From assembly GCF_000400465.1 (NCBI RefSeq), contig NW_008806282.1, forward strand, positions 390,001 to 422,000: a stretch of 32,000 nucleotides of DNA, given 5' to 3'. This DNA is from Wallemia ichthyophaga EXF-994. Lineage: Eukaryota > Fungi > Basidiomycota. A program made the position numbers and the translations under genes. This document shows positions 1 to 8,265 of the stretch, one piece after another (the first letter of the stretch is position 1; each line of letters begins with the position of its first letter). The notes below the pieces were generated by a model. The model was not told the DNA's origin. It worked only from the letters and a program-made list of their open reading frames with translations, and made no database searches.

Positions 1-189
1 CTAACACCTATCGTCGTATATGGCGCTTTGAATGCCTATATATACTTTCAGTATGTTGAAGGTTTTCAAATTGTCCACTATTACCTGTAATGTGGGGGCC
101 ATTTGAACCCATTCACCAATATTTGCACCTCTCTGCATAATAATTATGGAGATGTACAATGCAGATTTTGCGATGGTATGTTTCGTACC
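1..189 (-). pseudogene. Decayed fourth copy of the secreted 10-Cys protein family; runs off the window edge
   Basis: Shares a 17-nt exon/donor block (75-91 = 3230-3246, ccactattacctgtaat) and an 11-nt pre-ATG block (190-200 = 1003-1013). Reads CKYW*MGSNGPHITG|intron|IQSAIYDDRC*: the second Cys codon is TGA, a TAG follows the third Cys, and there is no ATG at the homologous position. Confidence 0.7.
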
Positions 190-614
190 CTTGATCGAGT
201 ACTTCGTAATGCTCAGTCACCATCCTTCCTGGTGTCTCTGAATACTTTACAGTTTATATCACTGAAGCAGCATTAACAGTGAGAGTGGTTAAGGCAATGG
301 CAATTAGTTTTGAAAAGATTTTGTTTAAAGATCTACAAGGAAAAACTATCATTTATAGCTCTGACACCTGTCATTGCGTCGATACGTCGTCACGGTAGAC
401 AAAGCTGAGACAGGTTGTATAATTCAGGTTGTAGCATTAATGCGCTCGAAAAGCACTATTTCTACGGCATTTATTCACTTTCAGCAAACGAGGTCAAATT
501 CTGACAGCAGAGATCATTTAGTTACCAATCAAGCTATCTTCTTATTCCTGAGACGAATACCTATTCATCGCTTTTGTTTGTTTTTACACATTACTCCTCA
601 TTAAGACTATTCCT

Positions 615-1002
615 CTAGCAGTATTGGTTATCTATCCTGGTAGAGCAATTTTCAATTTCCCATTCCCCTCCTTGATGGTTGCACCACTCTTTAAAACCTT
701 CAATATCTCTTTGGTTTCTGTTAGGCCCGCTTTCTGTCAGACGGCAGAAGTCACAGTTGTAGCCGAATATGTTGCAACTGTGACAAGCATGCGAGGAGCA
801 GTAGCTGTCTGGTATACCGTTTTGAACTCCTAGATAATTGTAAGAAGATCAAAACTTCGAAGGACTGTTTCTTACCTGTGATTCGCGTTTCAAATTTATC
901 ACGGCTATAGCACATGAAGGAGCATTGTGTATTTCTATGACGATTGCGAGCGTTTACTGCGAGAAACACTGAGAAAATAGCGACAAGCTTCGAAAACAAC
1001 AT
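615..1002 (-). CDS. Small secreted cysteine-rich protein, copy 1 (113 aa, 10 Cys; exons 1002-876 and 829-615)
   Basis: Splicing a 46-nt GT-AG intron (830-875) gives MLFSKLVAIFSVFLAVNARNRHRNTQCSFMCYSRDKFETRITGVQNGIPDSYCSSHACHSCNIFGYNCDFCRLTESGPNRNQRDIEGFKEWCNHQGGEWEIENCSTRIDNQYC*. It has a hydrophobic signal peptide and is paralogous to copies 2 and 3. Confidence 0.88.
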
Positions 1003-1035
1003 CTTGATCGAGTGAAAAAAGGCCATATTCACAAC

Positions 1036-1043
1036 TATTTATA
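1036..1043 (-). promoter_or_regulatory. TATA box of copy 1
   Basis: TATAAATA 34 nt upstream of the ATG, at the same position as in copies 2 and 3. Confidence 0.6.
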
Positions 1044-1701
1044 CTTCTGTCATACGTCATTACCTCGGCACAGGCTCTCTCACAAGTGTATGACAATTGA
1101 ATGAACTTACGAAATGTCAGACTGAAACAGGAAAATCGCAATAGTTCTGCAGTACCGAGCCTAAGTTTTTGCCCTCAACTTTCGGTAAACGATGTCAAGA
1201 TCTTTGACAGCATATTAATAATTTGCCAACAAAGCTAAATTCACCGATGATTCGCTTATTTCAGGTTGTTCGAATGCTTTTGGCTGTGATGTTTCTAGAC
1301 CATGTCTTAACTTTTTGCGTGGCTAACATATTATATGCAAAGTCCCAGGTATATGTTCTGATCTCATTGTCATAGTCATTGTATAATACGTCATTGATGA
1401 AGCTTTAAATTGAGTTAAAGTTTCTGTGATTAAGTCCGATAGAATTATGGACACTATACTAAAAATGCAGCTCGTCATTACGGTAACTAGAGCTGAATCG
1501 TGTTGTACGATGTTGAAGCAAGAGCTTCAGGTGCAGCATTCACTATAAATACTTTCGAAATACACTATCTACGCTACAATCAATCCACTTTTGGCCAACG
1601 AGGTCAAATGTTTGATATTTAAGATTAATGATTTAGTTCGTATTTATGGACAAATTTATTTACTCCTTGTTCTATTATTCTCCAATTGTAGCATCCTTTA
1701 T

Positions 1702-2096
1702 TTAACATTCTCTGCTGTCATTGTATCCGCAATTGTGTTCTGCTATTCTGCCTCCTTTATTTTGACACCAATTAGTCACACGTGTAATATCTATTGAATT
1801 CTTATTTCCGTTAGAAGTGTCGCTCCCGGGTGCATAGTCCTCGAAGCGGCAGTACGTGCAGGCTGATGCGACAAAGTTACAACCGTGGCAGCTATACCAT
1901 GCGCAACTATCTTCCGGAACAGGACTTTGAATTCCTGGCTCTTATTATCAGAAAATATTAGTTTATATTTCTCATCATTACCCTTTATAACTTTGCCAGT
2001 ATATTTGTCGTTGCATTGATAGTTGCATCTGTATTTTCTTTCAGCGCTAACAGCAAGTGCAATTGAGACGATAGTGACGAGCTTTGAGAGATACAT
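1702..2096 (-). CDS. Small secreted cysteine-rich protein, copy 2 (115 aa, 10 Cys; exons 2096-1982 and 1934-1702)
   Basis: Splicing a 47-nt GT-AG intron (1935-1981) gives MYLSKLVTIVSIALAVSAERKYRCNYQCNDKYTGKVIKGIQSPVPEDSCAWYSCHGCNFVASACTYCRFEDYAPGSDTSNGNKNSIDITRVTNWCQNKGGRIAEHNCGYNDSREC*. Confidence 0.9.
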
Positions 2097-2125
2097 CTTG
2101 GTTAAGTGTAAATGAAATGTACAAC

Positions 2126-2132
2126 TTTTATA
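2126..2132 (-). promoter_or_regulatory. TATA box of copy 2
   Basis: TATAAAA 30 nt upstream of the ATG, within a ~65-nt block conserved with the copy 3 promoter. Confidence 0.65.
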
Positions 2133-2564
2133 CCTCTGAAACCTTGGCATGTGTCAGAACATTTTTATCAAAGCTGAGGTAAGGATGAATCAACTTAATG
2201 CAAAACACACCCAACTTATTGTATGATATTATAAGTATAACGTCAAATTCAGATCCTAATCGTATTCCACCTTCCAAATTTTATTTGACAATCGGAGCTA
2301 TTGACCAGTCGATCAAATCAAATACGTCAACGACACACGCTTAACTTCCGACATAATGTCTGAAGCACGTCAAGAGTCGAATACAATGTCACCGTCATCA
2401 AATACTTGGTAGAGGAAAGATCAACCTCGTAAAAATTGAGTGGATGGTAATAAAAGGGTCTTTTGGAAACGCTAAAAGCATATGATTATAAGGACTTTTG
2501 AATTCAATTCAATTAGAATTACATCAGAAAATAGATGATTGAGGGAATATCCAGAAATGCGGAC

Positions 2565-2597
2565 GAAGTTAATGAGAAGTTAATGAGAAGTTAATGA
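2565..2597. repeat. Tandem 11-mer x3 (gaagttaatga)
   Basis: Three perfect copies in the spacer between copies 2 and 3. Confidence 0.9.
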
Positions 2598-2976
2598 GAG
2601 GAGAAGTGAAATGCTTGAATCCCAGTTGAATTTTTGTGTGCTGTATCGTACAAGTTTTCAATACTTCGCTTTCCTGTGCTCATCTTCTCACTTCGTTGAC
2701 CATATTGCGGGGTGAGCTGAGCAGATAGATACTGTCGATTTAGCGGTAATTCAGAGAGCTTCTTGAACTGATTTTTCAATAAAAACTCTCTGCTATTTCA
2801 GTATCTCGGTATGAGGTTATCATTGCGCTGTACGTATAGGCCCATTTCTATTCCAGACAATCACACAAGGCAAGACGTTCTGCGACAGATTTGCGAGCTT
2901 TGAAATCTTCGACTGTGATGTGAAAATGTATTCCTTATTCCATTTTAATACATTGGCTCCGACAGAAATTTTTTAT

Positions 2977-3351
2977 CTAGCATTCATGGCTATCATTATC
3001 GCCGCACTTGTGTGTTACTATTTTACCTCCTTGCTTATTACACCAATCAGTTACACCGACAATATCTCGCTCGTTTCCAATCTTTGAGTATTTCTTAGTT
3101 GTGAGGCGGCAGTAATCGCAGTTTGCTCCGGCGATGTTACAACTGTGGCAGCTTTGCCAGGTGCAAGCATTGTTCGGTACACCCTTTTGGATTCCTATAT
3201 CATTTTAACAGTATAAAAAGTCCAATAGGCCACTATTACCTGTAATAAGCTTGCCGTTTTTGTCGTTGCACTGATAGTTGCATCTGTATTTTGATTTAGC
3301 GCTGACAACAAGTGCAATTGAGGCAATTGCGATGAGCTTTGAGAGATACAT
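2977..3351 (-). CDS. Small secreted cysteine-rich protein, copy 3 (109 aa, 10 Cys; exons 3351-3240 and 3194-2977)
   Basis: Splicing a 45-nt GT-AG intron (3195-3239) gives MYLSKLIAIASIALVVSAKSKYRCNYQCNDKNGKLITGIQKGVPNNACTWQSCHSCNIAGANCDYCRLTTKKYSKIGNERDIVGVTDWCNKQGGKIVTHKCGDNDSHEC*. Confidence 0.9.
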
Positions 3352-3385
3352 CCTAATTTAAGGAAGTTGAGAAAGAAACTGAGAC

Positions 3386-3392
3386 TTTTATA
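3386..3392 (-). promoter_or_regulatory. TATA box of copy 3
   Basis: TATAAAA 35 nt upstream of the ATG; flanks conserved with copy 2. Confidence 0.65.
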
Positions 3393-3413
3393 CTTCTGAA
3401 ACATTGACATATG

Positions 3414-4331
3414 TCAGAACATTTTCATCGCAGCTGGAGTAAGAATGATGAAAGGAAATGGAGGACATGAGCAATAAAGCGACGATGAGTTAATGTGGCA
3501 TTCATTAAGGCATTTGTAGCCATTTCTTCGAAACGCATTGTTTTCACTTCACTACAGCTTCCTAACTCACCTTTGTCTCCCTCTGCTTTCTGCCATGCAT
3601 GTCAAACCTATTCTGACAGTCGGAACCATTGAGATGCCGATCAAGATGGATATGAAAACAAAGCTTGTGTCGACTTCAGCCAATAGAATGAGAGTGCGGC
3701 TGCCCCAGTTTGTGAACTTCCGAGTGCGATCGATGCCATAGTTCGCGACTATATCATGAGCTGAAAACGCGGGTCTCGTCCAAAACTGCGTTACCTGCGT
3801 AGTCGATGAAAGGCTGCAACTCTCATGAAGTTTTTACCAGGTTTGTCCAGTCTCAGCGCCATGCAGACAAGGTTGGAGGCACCTGTGAAGAAGGCATAGT
3901 TGAACAGTGCTCCATGAAAGCTGCCATATACTGCAAAAGTGATGAAATAAGTGTCTGGGGGAGAAGGAGCTCTTTAATACCCCCACAGAACGCGTATGAA
4001 TGCCTTAACATAACCGATAGCGGATGATAAACAGTGCAAATGCATATATAACACATCAGAACCAACTATAATAGCCAATTGTGGTTGTGAGAAGGTTCTA
4101 AGGCAGCAATTCCTAAGCTGCTTCTGTCTGCTTCGAATGCAGCTAACTTGGCAAGTGATGCAGGGGATGTAGGGGATGCTGGAAATGGCCGACAGAGATG
4201 ATTCAAGCAAGAAGCGGGACGGTCATGTACACAAAGCCAGAACGCCCAATGCTTGCACATATCACCAATCCACATGCACTTGGTTACGCAGCAAAAAAAT
4301 CCAAGTAAAGGAAATGAAGAGATTTGAACAT
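3414..4331 (-). CDS. Probable multi-exon integral membrane protein (possibly a pseudogene); boundaries unresolved
   Basis: Hydrophobic exon-like segments (VIYAFALFIIRYR|APSPPDTYFITFAVYGSFHGALFNYAFFTGASNLVCMAL; TLILLAEVDTSFVFISILIGISMVPTVRIGL) are joined by plausible ~43-nt introns, and there is a strong AG|GTGAGT donor near 3530. The best model has an in-frame TGA at 4056-4058. Confidence 0.3.
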
Positions 4332-4411
4332 TTAAAGCTTTTAATATTTGTAAATATCGTAGTGTCGATTGCCGAATCGAAGCCGCTTACATCACAACTA
4401 CCACTTGCAGT

Positions 4412-6586
4412 ATGAGCAAGCAGCGCGTATCCAGAAAATCGCTGAGACGGCCAACGACATTCTATGGCGCAAGTGAAGAAATCCCGCCGATGCCTCGCCA
4501 GTCGATGACGCAGGAGGATCTCCCAGCGACCACCAAAGCAGCGGCACCGATAGGGGCGAAGAAATACAAACCAAAGGCACACGCAAAGGATAGAAAGGAA
4601 GGCAAAGATAGTGAGAATGATAGCAAGACGAGATTAGGCGAGAAGCTCAAAAAGAGGCTGTCCGTCAAGTACACCTATCAGCAGCCAAAGACGAGGACAG
4701 TTGGCAGCGCACCACCTGTGCCCTCCCTCCCGAGCACTCATATACCCAACCAGAAACAGACGCCGCAGACGGAAGATGTCAGAGAGAGCTTACTTGAGGA
4801 TATCGACGAGAACCGAGTCAGCCAAGTGAGCCAAGTGGATGCCGATATTGATATCATCAACAGAGAGTGGCTCCAGCAGCCAGACTTTGATGCTCAAGCT
4901 TGTGAGTGCGCTCATGTCTTTCTATTCACGTCTAACTCCGATAAGACATTCGTACACACCTCGCTAATGCCAGTGAGGACGAGGTGGAACACTTCAAGCA
5001 GGCCCTCACTGATGCTATGCAGTCTACCAATTTGCAACTCGAACAGAGTGCATTCAAGAAGTATGTGGATCGTTTTCTATGTTGTCTTAGCTCACACTCT
5101 CAAAGTTACGCTGACTTTATCGCCATTTCAAAGGAGATTGGCGCTCTCGAGACAGAGGTGCTCGAGCTGCGCGAGCTGCTTGGGGAGTGGAGAAGCCTCC
5201 CGGAAGCATTCGGTGTTGAGAACGTAGAGTCTGATCTGGAGACAACAAAGAAGAAGAGATCATCAGTTGCAGATCTTGCAGCCGTGTACAGGACCCAGCT
5301 GCAGACGCTACACTCTACAGTCGAGGGTTCGTTGAAACACGTACCTCATGCACCAGGCAGACATGTCGTGACGACTGCATCCAAGTTCGTTGAATTGAAC
5401 GCTGCGACTTACAGAGTAGCGCAGTCTGTCGAAATGGTCTTGCTGAATGACACCCTCCTTATAGCCAGCAAGAGAAGACGTCAAGCTAGTGGCGGTCGCG
5501 AGAAGCTCATCGCCGATCGTGCTTGGTCTTTGTCTGAAATCAATATCCAGGATCTCCGAGATTCGATTAAGGTGACGAATTCTATCAAAGTTAAGCATAA
5601 CAAGCAATCGTATGTGTATATGGCTGAGTCGCCGAGCGATAAAAATGTCTTCTTGAATGCCGTTAAGCAAGTCGCAGAAGAATACCAAGCGCAAATGGAG
5701 CAGCAGCAACATAATCAAGAAGGAGATCTCTCGCCTAATTTCATTATCAGTCCTTCGATAGCGTCAATCCAATCGACGAATTCGCCTTTAAGAACGCCTA
5801 TATCCTCTTCTAACAAACACTTGCAATGGATGGAAGACTTTATCGATGAGCTGTCAGTTAGTGTCGCCGTCAATGACCACCATGCTGCTGTCGAGCACGT
5901 GGAGCAAGGACGGAAAATGCTCAGAAGCACCGATGACAAAAGTGAACGGGAGGCACTACAAGCCCAAATAGCGCACCAAAAGGGTATACTAGTGAGAAAC
6001 CTGCTACGCGTTGTCGACGACTTTTCAAGACTTCGGGAGCATGTTCTAGTTGATGTTATCTCGCTGTTGCACAGATTGGATGAAGCAGGCGCCGGCAGAG
6101 ACACCTACTTGAACAGTCGCAAAGAGCTCATCAAGCATAGGTCGAGGCAGATGGTGTTTGATGGAGACGTAGTCAACTACGTTGCTGAATTAGCAGTCAT
6201 CACCTTTACGATAATCAAGCAGTCGGCAGAATGGTTCAGGGCTGCATTCATTAATACGAACAAAGCAAGCGGTGAGTGGGACGCATTAAATCTCGCCAGC
6301 CAAACTGATCACCATCAGGATATGGAAACTGGGCATCTGAGCAGATTAAAACGTTTGCAGTCATGTTCAGACGACAGGTATATGGCTCGCATCTGGGGAA
6401 GAGCATTATTGAGCGTGCGATTCAAGTAACACACGAGCAAGGACAGAGAGTAGGTGATGGATAAGAAGGTAACGCTGCGCTGACTGACTGATTGCACAGA
6501 TACTGAAAGAGGTGCAGACGTCGACAGACCTGTGTGTCATACTTAATAAGCAGATGGAGGAGCAAGTATCGCCTAGTCTGATTTGA
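4412..6586 (+). CDS. EXO84: Exocyst complex component Exo84
   Basis: ORFs 4412 and 4984 join via intron 4902-4945 (DAQAYIRTHLANASEDEV). A Vps51-like helical region is followed by a PH-like segment (FVELNAATYRVAQSVEMVLLNDTLLIASKRR) and a helical C-terminus (WASEQIKTFAVMFRRQV). Two further 3' introns; the stop position is approximate. Confidence 0.82.
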
Positions 6587-6690
6587 TGGAAAATGATTTA
6601 CATTGATATACTGATTATAATCACATGGAGAGTGTTGCGTAAGGTATAATAAATAATGGCCAAATAATAGGTTGTTTGCGATAATTATAC

Positions 6691-7116
6691 TCATTCGAAA
6701 TGTGAGTAATGCCCCTTGACACCTAGTTTGCACTTGTGACAATCCGCTCGAGGACCCATAGTGAATCTGATTTTACGCTGTTTAGCTTTCTTGTCGTTGT
6801 CGATGAGGGAGGTGGAGTCTCTCATCGATGTGTCATGCATGTGCAGCGTCTCTGTGGCCATGACGATGTCTGGAGGATGAGAAGGAGGAGTGGGAGGGAC
6901 TGGATTTGAATTTAAGCTTAATTTGGGATCAGTAATCGTCGTATTCGATGTATTCCTCTCAGATTCGTTTCCTTTCCTCTTTGTGGTTATCGGGTTGTTT
7001 GCCAGGCTCGACGGGCTCAGTTTGCGCTTCTTCTTTGAAAATGGAGGGGAAATGAGCGGTGGGCTGTCGTAAGAGGTCACCATTGGCTTATACGGCAGAT
7101 CTAAATCAATCTCCAT
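6691..7116 (-). CDS. Hypothetical protein with C-terminal RFTMGPRADCxxC..GHxxH motif
   Basis: Intronless 141-aa ORF with a low-complexity body, an NLS-like KKKRK, and C-terminal CHKC...GHYSH. The motif resembles uncharacterised fungal proteins (from recall, not searched). Confidence 0.7.
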   Translation of the reverse strand: MEIDLDLPYKPMVTSYDSPPLISPPFSKKKRKLSPSSLANNPITTKRKGNESERNTSNTTITDPKLSLNSNPVPPTPPSHPPDIVMATETLHMHDTSMRDSTSLIDNDKKAKQRKIRFTMGPRADCHKCKLGVKGHYSHFE

Positions 7117-7605
7117 CGCGTGTGAGCATTCGAAGTTGGTGGTGAGGTGCGAGGGATCAATTGGCGAGCAGTGAGGGTTTAGTGGGATAATTTTAAAGGT
7201 GTTTTGAAGGAAAATATACTTTTATGCCCACAGATGCCTCCACTTCTCTGTATGAGGCGTGGATGCCGTGACTGTCTCCCGATAACGCCCAGTCACGAGA
7301 AATGGCAGTCGTATAGCAGAATCAGCGTCTATGGCATCATAAATACTTATTAACACCCAAAAGACTTCCTATCGGTGGATATCGTGAGCTGGAATCGTTG
7401 ATACACCGCTAACGCTGATAGCGGGATATACAGCACAGAGAGAAACGCAAACAAGCAGCGGAAATAAATTTCATCTAAATACACCTCACGCACCCACTAG
7501 CACCCGCTTCACTACATCCACAAACAAATTCTTTTGGTCTTCCTTCTTCACTCTTCATCACGTACATCCAACAGCGCAGCGCGTTGAAAAATAAGAAGCA
7601 GCAAA

Positions 7606-8179
7606 ATGTCAGCAGATCACTCCAGAGACCCATGTCCGTATGTAATTCTCAATGATTTCGGTGGTGCGTTTGCGATGGGTGCGGTCGGTGGTTCAATCTG
7701 GCACGGTATAAAGGGAGCGAGGAACAGTCCCCGTGGAGAGAGGTTGCCTGGTAGTTTAGCGGCAATCAAGGCTAGAGCGCCTGTACTCGGTGGTAACTTT
7801 GGTGTATGGGGTGGTATGTTCTCATCGTTTGATTGTGCAGTCAAGGGCGTTAGGCAGAAGGAAGACAGCTGGAATGCAATTATTTCTGGTTTCTTCACTG
7901 GTGGCTGCTTGGCTATCAGAGGTGAGTAGCCTGTTGCTTGCCACAGTTGCACCACAAGCTAACAAGACACAGGCGGTCCTAAGGCGGCGCTCGGTGGTGC
8001 TGTCGGATGTGGTATCCTTCTCGGTGTCTTTGAAGGTGTCGGTGTGCTCATTAACAAGGCCATGAGCGATTTCAGCAAACCTCAAATGCCAATCGGTGAG
8101 TTTTCTTGGGTTGATCGACGTCATTGACACAGTCACTGTAGCTCCTGAACAACCACCAGCCGCTGCAATCTCACATTAG
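7606..8179 (+). CDS. TIM17: Mitochondrial inner membrane translocase subunit Tim17
   Basis: [22 protein letters not shown] and [22 protein letters not shown] signatures; introns 7922-7972 and 8096-8141. Confidence 0.95.
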
Positions 8180-8265
8180 AAGGATGACCACCTCCGTTTT
8201 GCATAGAATAAACCCTCAACCCACTCACCCCTGACTTCTAATCATCTTCTTCATAAATACATCTG

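Noticed and set aside
374-1797. Plus-strand ORFs 374-604, 624-833 and 1591-1797
   Set aside because: Non-ATG starts, antisense to or flanking the real genes, and no recognisable motifs.
751-2150. ORF-track proteins of 93 aa (751-1032) and 119 aa (1791-2150) as real products
   Set aside because: They read through the intron into the wrong frame; splicing restores the shared 10-Cys pattern in all copies.
615-3351. Identifying the Cys-rich proteins as hydrophobins or KP4 toxin
   Set aside because: There are no CC doublets and 10 rather than 8 Cys, and the spacing differs from the KP4 pattern as I recall it; no family name is supportable without a search.
1-4400. Transposon or LTR remnants in the AT-rich block
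   Set aside because: No terminal repeats, target-site duplications or transposase/reverse-transcriptase motifs were recognisable by eye.
7253-7354. 33-codon ORF with CxxC (MRRGCRDCLP...) in the TIM17 promoter gap
   Set aside because: Too short, with no splice or homology support; expected by chance.
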